The position numbers were made by a program, and so were the translations under genes. Of a stretch of DNA of 64,000 bases, positions 1-8,707 are shown piece by piece. The first letter of the stretch is position 1. Every line of letters starts with the position of its first letter. Source of the DNA: a virus; IMG/VR virus record IMGVR_UViG_3300026097_000013, positions 56,485 to 120,484 of that record; one strand, written 5' to 3'. Under the pieces are notes generated by a model. It worked only from the letters and a program-made list of their open reading frames with translations, was not told the origin of the DNA and did not search any database.

Positions 1-1424
1 TGCTTTACAATGTCAATTTCATTGTATACATTATAATTCATACCGTTAGCTATACATACAATACCTGCACGTCCAGTATGACTAAGTGTAAGTGTTTTCT
101 TTACATATAGATCATTAAATCCGCTAGTACTAGTGCGTAAATTTGAATCGTAAACTCTTTCTCTATTTTTATTCCAGTAATCTGAATCACTTCTTATAGA
201 CAAAGCGTAATGCAATGCAACAAATTCTGCAAAATTCTGATAAAAATTTCTTATGTGTGCGTTATACACATCTCGATCAAATTGATTAACTACTGGTCGA
301 TCTACATGACGACAAAATTCTAACAAAAATTCATGAACACTTAATAATCCATTACTTTCTAGTGGCTCAATGAATGCAGCAGCCAACCCAATGCCTAATA
401 CATTTTTAACCCATATACGTTCATAAATACCTGTTTTAAAATTAATGTGCTTAAAATTAAGATCATCTGTAACTCTATTAGGATTGTGCAATGTCATTTT
501 ATCCGAATTAAGATGATTTTTAAATTCTTGCAGAGCATCTTCGTCTGATATAAATTCATCTGAATATACGTATCCTGTACCTATTCTAGACCAAAGCGGA
601 ATATTCCAAACCCACCCGTTACTTAGTGCAGTACAATTTGTATATACTTCTAGTTCTTTTTCTTTATCAGTATACGGTATTTGTACAGCCCATGCCTTGT
701 TATTTGGTAAAATATCTCTATAAGATACAAATGGCTCTTCTAGTGCTTTACCTAAAAGTAAACTTTCAAATCCAGTGCAATCTACATAAAGATCTGCTGT
801 TAATTTTGTTCCGTCTTCTAAAATAATTTTAGATATACCGTTATCGTCTGTAGGAGCGTCAACAACTGTTCCTACTACATGTTTAACTCCACGAGGTATA
901 CAATAGCGATCTTTAAGATATTTTCCGAATAATAACGAGTCAAAATGAAAAGCTGTATGATAATCAAATCTAAAATCATCAAAACTACCGTCTTCATTAG
1001 TTGATATTTTATTTTCGTTTACTAATGCCATTACAGGCCAAAAGTTTTCTGCAAAGTCGCTAGAATGAGTTTCAGGATAGTAAGCTTTTTTTAATTGCCA
1101 ATGATTATAATTAATATCTTCAGTTTCTATAGGATCACCAAACGGATAATGGAATCCTCCGTAGTCTTTATCATAAAAGTCAGTAAATTTGATACTAAAC
1201 TTATAACTACCATTTGTATGTTTTAGAAAATCTTTGTCATCTATTCCGAGGTACGCTGTCCAGTCACGAATAAATCCTAAGGTACTTTCACCCACACCAA
1301 TTTTTGGTATATCATCACTTTCAACTAATGTAATAGATTTATCGGGAAATTTTCTAATCAGTGTTGCAGCAGCCATCCATCCAGCTGAGCCGCCGCCTAC
1401 TATTAATATACTATTAAATGCCAT
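1..1424 (-). CDS. Flavin-dependent (tryptophan halogenase-family) halogenase, 3' end beyond window
   Basis: Absent from the ORF track because there is no stop in the window. Translated by hand from ATG at 1424, with AGGAGG upstream: MAFNSILIVGGGSAGWMAAA (FAD GxGxxG), IGVGEST, GSYKFSIKF (PrnA K79-type Lys), DCTGF, GWVWNIP (WxWxIP halogenase motif), FIEPLES. Frame is open to position 1. Confidence 0.93.
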   Translation of the reverse strand, partial: MAFNSILIVGGGSAGWMAAATLIRKFPDKSITLVESDDIPKIGVGESTLGFIRDWTAYLGIDDKDFLKHTNGSYKFSIKFTDFYDKDYGGFHYPFGDPIETEDINYNHWQLKKAYYPETHSSDFAENFWPVMALVNENKISTNEDGSFDDFRFDYHTAFHFDSLLFGKYLKDRYCIPRGVKHVVGTVVDAPTDDNGISKIILEDGTKLTADLYVDCTGFESLLLGKALEEPFVSYRDILPNNKAWAVQIPYTDKEKELEVYTNCTALSNGWVWNIPLWSRIGTGYVYSDEFISDEDALQEFKNHLNSDKMTLHNPNRVTDDLNFKHINFKTGIYERIWVKNVLGIGLAAAFIEPLESNGLLSVHEFLLEFCRHVDRPVVNQFDRDVYNAHIRNFYQNFAEFVALHYALSIRSDSDYWNKNRERVYDSNLRTSTSGFNDLYVKKTLTLSHTGRAGIVCIANGMNYNVYNEIDIVK

Positions 1425-1452
1425 AAAAAAAATACCTCCTATAATGTATTTA

Positions 1453-1480
1453 ATTATAACATCATAGGAAGCATTGTCAA
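1453..1480 (-). promoter_or_regulatory. Consensus sigma70-type promoter for the halogenase
   Basis: Minus strand TTGACA (1480-1475), 16-nt spacer ending in TGt (extended -10), TATAAT (1458-1453). A late-like TAAATA (1452-1447) follows immediately. Confidence 0.75.
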
Positions 1481-1493
1481 TGTGATTTATATA

Positions 1494-2018
1494 TTACTCT
1501 TCAGGATCTGGATCTGGGCCTGGATCTGGAATCACAACTCCGGGAATTAACGGCCATTCAATCTCAGATTCATGTGATATTGTATCCCAATCAATTGTGT
1601 CGGGCAAGTCTCTTAGTTGCTGTCTATACGTTGCCCATTCTGCTTTTTCTGCATCACTAAGTGGTGCATCCGGCAATTGTGTCCAATCCGAAGCTGGTAA
1701 TAAATTTAGACGGGTACGTTCCATAAATCTAAATCGCTTTTCCAGTATATCAATTGATTTTTCAATCCACTCTTGAGTAAAAGTTCCGTCTTCATTTTTT
1801 ATAATATCGCCTGGCGCTATGTCTACATCAGTATCGCCGTTGACATAGTCTCTAATTGAATCATATACCGGAGCATAACCTTTAGCACGTACTTCTTCTT
1901 CAGTAAAGTCCCATGTTTCTTTCATTATATAATGTATATTTTCGTTAGAAATATATGTAGAGTCAACCATATCTCCATTTTCATCTATTCTTATATAGTT
2001 TACATTTTGTAAATTCAT
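1494..2018 (-). CDS. Tail fibre assembly chaperone
   Basis: C-terminal R..LL.ASDWTQLPDAPLS....AEWATYRQQLRDLP....WP is the phage tail assembly chaperone motif; gene lies directly downstream of a fibre-tip-like gene. Confidence 0.8.
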   Translation of the reverse strand: MNLQNVNYIRIDENGDMVDSTYISNENIHYIMKETWDFTEEEVRAKGYAPVYDSIRDYVNGDTDVDIAPGDIIKNEDGTFTQEWIEKSIDILEKRFRFMERTRLNLLPASDWTQLPDAPLSDAEKAEWATYRQQLRDLPDTIDWDTISHESEIEWPLIPGVVIPDPGPDPDPEE

Positions 2019-2038
2019 TGTGCAGTTCCTTAATCTTA

Positions 2039-3562
2039 TTATAAGTTATGTGTGTTACAGCAAGGCCACGCTCTATTTGCGCCCCAAACAATTCTAACAA
2101 CACCCGGCCCGCCCCAGCCGCCGCCGTGTGACGTGCCGCCGCCTCCGGCGCCGCCGCCGAACTTTCCGCCGCAATTATAACCGTTTCCTCGTCCATTCGA
2201 ATACGGCTCACCTGGATTACCACAGCAACCGCCTGATCCGCCTTGGCCTGCTCCGCCGCTTGTGCCGTGACCTGTTCGTCCATGGCCGCATCTGCCTTCA
2301 CTGCTGCTACTACCATAACAGCACATGCCACATGCGCCAGTGCCGCCACCGCCGCCAGTACCGTAAGTTGAACTGTGATAAGAAGTTGCGCTGCCCCCTC
2401 CGCCACCGCAACCACGATATCCCGGAGTATTAGAGTTAGCAGGTGATCGGCCACAATAGCCAGCTCCGCCGCCGCCTCCGCCAGCAGTACCCGGATAAGC
2501 AACCATTCCGTAACTACCGCAGCATGTTCCGCTGCCGCCATTTACATCACTGAAGCTGTAACATCCGCCGTAACATCCACAACATCCGCCGCAGGCTATC
2601 ATACCCGGCCAGCATGAATATCCACCAAGGTTTTGGCTGTTAGACCAGCATGCTCCACGTCCGACGCGGATACAATAAGATTGACCTGGTGTAACTGGAA
2701 TATTATTAGCCCATACAGAGCCACCGCCGTGCCCGCCGCAGCCTGCCCAGTCGTAACGGCCGCTGCCGCCAGCGCCGATTGCTAGTACATTAACACTTGT
2801 AACTCCATCTGGGGCTACCCATGTATAATTACATGTGCCGCCAGCTTGGCCATATACACCTTCATATTGTGCTTGTCCTTTAACGGCTTCAAAATAGAAT
2901 TGTTTGCTAAATGCTGTAGTTCTATACGAACCTTCAGGCATTGATGTATTACGTACACCTAGTGTAAAGTTATAATTATTAGTTGTTTCGTCACTAGATT
3001 TTCCTGGAAAAGTCATTAGTCCGTTGTTATCAATAGTTACATTAGACGGTAAGTTGCCTCTGTTAGTAATTGCCCATTCTGTAGCTGTACCGCTATTACT
3101 GAATTGAAAAGTTTCCGCAGCAGTAAGTGTTACATTATTGTTATTAGTAGTAATACTAGGATAATCGTTTGTTGTGCTAACAAATATAGTTATATCAGCT
3201 TCGTATACAACATCATATTTTGAATCAGTAATATTTATCGTTAATACTGACAATGGATCCATGCTAGCAGCCGATCCTGATAGTGTTCCACTAGATGATA
3301 GAGTTAGTCCGTATTGTGCGCCATCTCGCCACGCAAAGGTATATTCTGAATCACCAAAAGCACCTGTTACGCTAAGTGTAACATTTAAACTTTCGTTTGC
3401 ATTTATATAATCTGGAAGAGGATCTCTATCAAGAGATGCGCCGCCAGCTAAAACAAATCCTGTTCCGTTACTTGTTAAAATTAGTCCAGTATTTTCAAAG
3501 TCTGCATCCTCGATTGCTAGACCACTACCTCTGTTTTTTGTTAATCCTATAAATCTTCCCAT
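2039..3562 (-). CDS. Gly/Cys-rich tail fibre tip / receptor-binding-like protein with N-terminal Ig-like domains
   Basis: N-terminal half is Ig/cadherin-like (GLTLSSSGTLSG, VTIDNNGLMT). C-terminal half is a glycine-rich domain (YTWVAPDGVTSVNVLAIGAGG...GGPGVVRIVW) with 23 Cys. Followed by a chaperone gene. Confidence 0.65.
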   Translation of the reverse strand: MGRFIGLTKNRGSGLAIEDADFENTGLILTSNGTGFVLAGGASLDRDPLPDYINANESLNVTLSVTGAFGDSEYTFAWRDGAQYGLTLSSSGTLSGSAASMDPLSVLTINITDSKYDVVYEADITIFVSTTNDYPSITTNNNNVTLTAAETFQFSNSGTATEWAITNRGNLPSNVTIDNNGLMTFPGKSSDETTNNYNFTLGVRNTSMPEGSYRTTAFSKQFYFEAVKGQAQYEGVYGQAGGTCNYTWVAPDGVTSVNVLAIGAGGSGRYDWAGCGGHGGGSVWANNIPVTPGQSYCIRVGRGACWSNSQNLGGYSCWPGMIACGGCCGCYGGCYSFSDVNGGSGTCCGSYGMVAYPGTAGGGGGGAGYCGRSPANSNTPGYRGCGGGGGSATSYHSSTYGTGGGGGTGACGMCCYGSSSSEGRCGHGRTGHGTSGGAGQGGSGGCCGNPGEPYSNGRGNGYNCGGKFGGGAGGGGTSHGGGWGGPGVVRIVWGANRAWPCCNTHNL

Positions 3563-3586
3563 TATAATTTCCTTTTATACATGTAT

Positions 3587-3904
3587 TTATGCTGATGTTT
3601 CGATACCAAAAACTACAGCACTAATACTTGCTTCTGATGATAATGCAACTATTTTTTGACCTGCTGCTAACACTAGACCTGTACGTTCTAGTACGTTTTT
3701 AGCAAGTAACCCTGTTTCAAATTCTATGTATTCTCCGTTAGTAGGAGTATCTGCATCTGCAATTGCTAAACTAATATTAGAAGCATCAGCACCTCTATTA
3801 CATATCGATATTGTTGCAACGGCATAAGTGTCTGCTGGACATTCGTATACTGTTGTAAGTGTTGCTGCGCTTAAATCGCTTGCTGCTAATCTTCCTGTAG
3901 CCAT
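3587..3904 (-). CDS. Small beta-rich fibre adaptor-like virion protein (paralog of 13864..14193 and 20758..21114)
   Basis: 105 aa with the shared pattern T.Y..P...A....I.ICN....LVL..GQKI...V.FG.E. Confidence 0.55.
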   Translation of the reverse strand: MATGRLAASDLSAATLTTVYECPADTYAVATISICNRGADASNISLAIADADTPTNGEYIEFETGLLAKNVLERTGLVLAAGQKIVALSSEASISAVVFGIETSA

Positions 3905-3919
3905 TTTATATATTCTCCG

Positions 3920-6900
3920 TTATGATGATAAAAAGTAATTCAATGCAACTGGTGCACCTTTGATTCCGCCAGTAAAATTAACTTTCTGTGTTATATTTAT
4001 CTGTGCATTAGTTGTAGTTGTAATTTCCTGTCCAGAAACTTTAATTACGCCTGCTGTTAAACTATTAACATTTAGTTCGCCTTGGCCTCCGCCAATTTGG
4101 CTAGCAATATAAGTTTTAATTGCCTTTTGTGTTGGAACAATATTATCACTATTAGCAGTAAACGTACCGTCTACACTAAATTCAGTAATAACAGCACCTG
4201 TGCCGCCTAGTGCAACTGCACCAAGTTGTAGCTCATTCAATCCAGTAATGTTAAACGCATCAGCATTAAGTGTTGCTACACCAGTTGATTGTTCAACGTT
4301 GAACAACCCACCAACTCTAAAGTTACCGTCTTGGTCAGTAGTGGTGTAGAACACTCTACCGCCGCCGCCAGTAAATGTTTCTTTTGTTGGATCGATTGGA
4401 TTAACTGGAGTGTTAGGGTAGTTAGTATCTTCAAAATTTCCAGTACCGATATCCAAGAAGTCGTGTCCTGTTAGACGAACTTGTGAATATCTAATTCTAA
4501 ATTCAATAGGATCGTCGTGATCTGGTGCATGAGTTATAGTTATTTCTGGACTTACTTGTAATTGTGCAGTATAAGGACCAGTTCCTTCAACATTTCTAAC
4601 ATTTACAAGTTTATAGTAATCTCCAGGAATTCCTTGGAATGTTAGGTTGGAGCCAGCTTGTGGTATTTCTGTTAATCCACTTACATTAATAAGCGTACCG
4701 GGCTGATATCTATCAGCATATCCGTCACCAACAACGTCAGCTGCTGCTGTTGCCATTCCACTACCACGATTTGTCCATGTAGGCTGTGTTAATACACCGT
4801 CGCCGATTCTAACTTCATGCGGTGCTTCTACTGTATTATTTGGATCAGTAATAGTCATTGTAGGAGCACTTGTGTATCCTTGTCCAGGATTCCATATACG
4901 AATTTCAGTAATCTTACCGTCTTCGACTCTTGCGCGAGCTGCTGTAGTATCAGCATATAATCCGCTAGCAGGTGCAGTAAACGATAATCTAGGTTCAATC
5001 GAATATGATGTTGTTTCGTTTAGCGTAGTCTCAATAGCAACACCAGTTACATGATCCCAGCCTGCTGTATCATCACTCATTTTCTTAATAGTAGCAAGCT
5101 TTGTACCGCTATTGTAAGTATCAATATATCCGTATTGACCTGCGCCTACTCCGGATGTAATATATATTGCCATGCCTACATATGCTGCATCAAGTCTAGT
5201 ATCGGTGTTTGATAAAGTTATTTGTGTAGCATTACCCGATTGTGCTACATTTTCACTAGTTATATAATCAAGGCCGCCAAAGTTTTCAGCTGGATCTAAT
5301 AATCTAACTTCAAATACGCCGCCATTAACTGTTTGCACTTCATCAATGAGAGCGCCGAAGCCTTCGCCTGATGGTGTAATAGTAGTGGCACCAGCTGTGT
5401 AATTTACTCCTGCATTTCCGTATTCAAGTGTAAGAATATTATTTCCGTCGGTCATAACATTTGTAACAAACGCTTCAAGTGCGTTGTTATTAACGTTACC
5501 AGTGATCGGAGTTTCAGTAATATCAACACCTTCAGCAACTGTACCAAATGCGCCGTATGATGAGTTACCGTTTGTAGCGCGAATCTTACCACCGTTCTCT
5601 GCCAAGTAACCGATGTGTCCATAGTATGAGAACACAGATACAAGTTCTGTTCTGCCTAGGTTAGTACACCATACGCCAATACCATCACTGATAATCTGTG
5701 TAAAGTCGTTAGCAACAATTGAGTCGTTACCGCCATCATGTAGATCGCCGTCAATCTTACAACCGACACAACCTGTACCAAATGTAGTTACGTTTTGTAC
5801 GTACGGTGATTTGTTAATAATCCATGCGTCGAGGTGTTCTGGTCCCCAACCTGGATCAAGACTTACAAATGCACCTGCTGTTGGACGTTTTGTGCCGTAA
5901 ACATTTGCAGTAGTTAGTGACCCAGATAGATCTGCTACAGTACAATTGCGCAAACCTGTTCCGTTACGCATATAAAACATATCTTCTGTTGTACTTCCGC
6001 CGACAGCATTTACATAATAACGTGCATATAATAATGACTTATAGTTTCCTGTATAAATTAAATCATGCTTAATAGCGTCAATATATCTGTGGATATCTCT
6101 TTCGCACTTTGCAACATCATATTCATAAGAAGGATATGTATCTGCAATATACGCTGTAACTTCTGCTACTAAGAATGCTCTGTTTGCTTCAAGTGTTTCA
6201 ACAGCATATGTATAGTCAGTAGTAGTATTTGGAGTATTTGATCCTGCGCTTACAGGTACAGTCGAATCGCCAGTTGCACCGTTAACACCGTAGTCAATAT
6301 AATCATAAATTTGTTGCCATAGACCGGCAGCATCAACACCTGCGCTCGCGCTGCCTGCTGGTGACGTTGTTACTGGATCTAATGAATTTCCTGTAGTCTT
6401 TGTAACTACACCGTGTGTAATAACGTTATTTGTAATTGCTTGTAGTCTACTAATCGCATCAAGAGTGTAAGGTGTATCACTACTATCAACTAGTACACCA
6501 GCAGGTGTAATGCGTGTTGATCGTAATTCGTCGCCGATAACTGCTGTGTTTTCAGGAACAACAATCGGCAGTACTTCTGAAAATTGTCCAGTTTTAACAA
6601 ATATACTATTTTGAGGTTTACGTTCAGCTGGAACTTCTGTAGTATTACCAGCAGTAATTGCATCAGTAACAATATTAACTAGTGTTTCTGCAGTCGCTTG
6701 TGCATCAGCTTCTTCTACAAAGTCAGTATTAATATATTGGTTTAATGAGCCTCTAACTGTTGCAGGAGCAAGGTTTGATAAAATTGCATCTGTTAATGTT
6801 TTAATATAATTTAGTCCTGCTGCTGTTTCTGTTTGATTGCCTGCTGTATATGTATCTCCAGCACTATTAAAGTATGTCAATGATTGTACTCTAGAACGTG

Positions 6901-8668
6901 CATTGCCGCCGTGTGACAAGTCCCATATAATTGCATCAACAACAGCACCTGCATCTTCTCTAAATGCTGCTTTATCGTATACTCCTACAAGTGCAGGGTA
7001 TGTTGCATCAATATATTCAACAACTTCATCTTGAATAAAGCTTCTGTTTCTCTCTAAAAGATGTTTAGCATTATAACGTATTGCACCTGCTTGAATTTGT
7101 TCTGTTGCATAACGAATAGTTTTCCAAGGTCGATCTAGTGTAACACCATACAACGGTGCTGGCTCATCAACGCCAGAAATGCTTTCGACATAAAATACAT
7201 TATTAATACGACCAAGATATGCCCACTCTGGAGCATCACCGCTATTATTAACTCTTAATGCTTGTCCTGGCGTGCCTATTGGCAATCTTGTTGCGCCTGC
7301 GCCGCCGTAGTAGACAATGTCGCCCGAAGTAGTTAAGTTACCAGATTCTGCGCCCGCAACTAATAAATTCCAATTAGTGCCAGTAACATCTTGATCTGGT
7401 CTGTTCTGTTCTATAACTTCATCTGATGTATGTGCTAATACACAAATATATGAGTTTACACCATGTTGTATACTATCTCCTGCATCATAAAATGTTGCAT
7501 CAGTCCATGTTCCCTTCCATTCAACACCTTCGTTTAAACGTTCCCAATATGTTGTATTCGGTGGACGGAATCCTTCATGTTTTTCAATACATAGATATGT
7601 ATATCCTCCTAAGCGAACTACGTCACCTTCAATGTATTCTCTATTTGTACTATCATCTTCGTAGTCGCCAATAAAGCGAAAACCTGTTGTAAATAGATCC
7701 CAATCTGCAGGTGTATCGCTTGGCTTAGAGCCGACATTGTTTGTAATTGAAACATAACTATAACCGCCATAAGTTACAAAGTCACCTGGTTGGTAATTTG
7801 TACCGGCATCCCAGCTGTCTTCAAATTCTAAACCTTCTACAAATTGTGCCCAATTAGCTTCATCTGCTGCTAAGTTTGTAGATCCGCTTGTATGCTGTGT
7901 AGTACAAATCCACAAGCCGCCACCATACTTTACTACATCATTAATTTTATAACGTGTTGTAACAGCCCAGTCTGATTTGTATTCAATGCCTTTGTGTAAG
8001 TAATCCCACTTAGCTTGATCTGCTTCTAATCCTTCTGCTTCTGTTGCAGCACTAGTATGACCTGTATTTGCAACATAAAGTGTGCCGCCAAAGCGAACAA
8101 TGTCATTAACTCTATAACGAGTATCTACATCCCATTCACCTGTCCAATAAAAGCCTTCTGAAAATATATCCCAATTAGCTTGATCTAATTCTAATCCTTC
8201 TGCTTCTGTTGCAGCACTAGTGTGTTCTTGTGTACATATGTAAACTGTGCCATTGTACTTTACAATGTCATTAACTTTATAGCGAGTTCCTGTAAACCAA
8301 TTTGTTTTATAATCAAAGCCTTCTGCATAAAGATCCCACTTGGCTTGATCTGCTTCTAATCCGTCATCTGCATTTAGTGTACTTGTATGTGCTTCATTAC
8401 AGACATATAAGTATCCGCCATATTTTACAATATCATTTACTTTGTAGTATGTTTCTACAAGCCAATTTGATTTCCAATCAGTACCATCTGAAATTTTATT
8501 CCAATATATTGATTGCGAATCTGTAAACATTGTCGGAGCAGTATGGCCTGCAATGCATACATATGTGTTTCCGCCATTGCGAACAATATCGTCTTTGTAG
8601 TAGACTGTAGAAGCTGCCCAGTCGCCCTTCCAAATAAATCTAATTCTACCTAATTTAAACTCTGCCAT
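3920..8668 (-). CDS. Long tail fibre / virion structural protein (paralog A1)
   Basis: About eight N-terminal Trp-rich repeats (KGDW...Y..DDIV.YGG..Y.C...HTS, CBM5/12-like), a central beta-helix-like core (PENTAVIGDELRST, SPYVQNVT), helical inserts and C-terminal RLTGHDFLDIGTG. Confidence 0.8.
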   Translation of the reverse strand: MAEFKLGRIRFIWKGDWAASTVYYKDDIVRNGGNTYVCIAGHTAPTMFTDSQSIYWNKISDGTDWKSNWLVETYYKVNDIVKYGGYLYVCNEAHTSTLNADDGLEADQAKWDLYAEGFDYKTNWFTGTRYKVNDIVKYNGTVYICTQEHTSAATEAEGLELDQANWDIFSEGFYWTGEWDVDTRYRVNDIVRFGGTLYVANTGHTSAATEAEGLEADQAKWDYLHKGIEYKSDWAVTTRYKINDVVKYGGGLWICTTQHTSGSTNLAADEANWAQFVEGLEFEDSWDAGTNYQPGDFVTYGGYSYVSITNNVGSKPSDTPADWDLFTTGFRFIGDYEDDSTNREYIEGDVVRLGGYTYLCIEKHEGFRPPNTTYWERLNEGVEWKGTWTDATFYDAGDSIQHGVNSYICVLAHTSDEVIEQNRPDQDVTGTNWNLLVAGAESGNLTTSGDIVYYGGAGATRLPIGTPGQALRVNNSGDAPEWAYLGRINNVFYVESISGVDEPAPLYGVTLDRPWKTIRYATEQIQAGAIRYNAKHLLERNRSFIQDEVVEYIDATYPALVGVYDKAAFREDAGAVVDAIIWDLSHGGNARSRVQSLTYFNSAGDTYTAGNQTETAAGLNYIKTLTDAILSNLAPATVRGSLNQYINTDFVEEADAQATAETLVNIVTDAITAGNTTEVPAERKPQNSIFVKTGQFSEVLPIVVPENTAVIGDELRSTRITPAGVLVDSSDTPYTLDAISRLQAITNNVITHGVVTKTTGNSLDPVTTSPAGSASAGVDAAGLWQQIYDYIDYGVNGATGDSTVPVSAGSNTPNTTTDYTYAVETLEANRAFLVAEVTAYIADTYPSYEYDVAKCERDIHRYIDAIKHDLIYTGNYKSLLYARYYVNAVGGSTTEDMFYMRNGTGLRNCTVADLSGSLTTANVYGTKRPTAGAFVSLDPGWGPEHLDAWIINKSPYVQNVTTFGTGCVGCKIDGDLHDGGNDSIVANDFTQIISDGIGVWCTNLGRTELVSVFSYYGHIGYLAENGGKIRATNGNSSYGAFGTVAEGVDITETPITGNVNNNALEAFVTNVMTDGNNILTLEYGNAGVNYTAGATTITPSGEGFGALIDEVQTVNGGVFEVRLLDPAENFGGLDYITSENVAQSGNATQITLSNTDTRLDAAYVGMAIYITSGVGAGQYGYIDTYNSGTKLATIKKMSDDTAGWDHVTGVAIETTLNETTSYSIEPRLSFTAPASGLYADTTAARARVEDGKITEIRIWNPGQGYTSAPTMTITDPNNTVEAPHEVRIGDGVLTQPTWTNRGSGMATAAADVVGDGYADRYQPGTLINVSGLTEIPQAGSNLTFQGIPGDYYKLVNVRNVEGTGPYTAQLQVSPEITITHAPDHDDPIEFRIRYSQVRLTGHDFLDIGTGNFEDTNYPNTPVNPIDPTKETFTGGGGRVFYTTTDQDGNFRVGGLFNVEQSTGVATLNADAFNITGLNELQLGAVALGGTGAVITEFSVDGTFTANSDNIVPTQKAIKTYIASQIGGGQGELNVNSLTAGVIKVSGQEITTTTNAQINITQKVNFTGGIKGAPVALNYFLSS

Positions 8669-8707
8669 TTAAAAACTCCGCTCTATTTAATATATTTATC
8701 ATTATGC

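Noticed and set aside
1981-2541. Ala-rich 186-aa minus-strand ORF and the 101-aa plus-strand ORF 2128..2433
   Set aside because: Shadow frames of the GGC-rich codons of the 507-aa gene; no RBS and no independent features.
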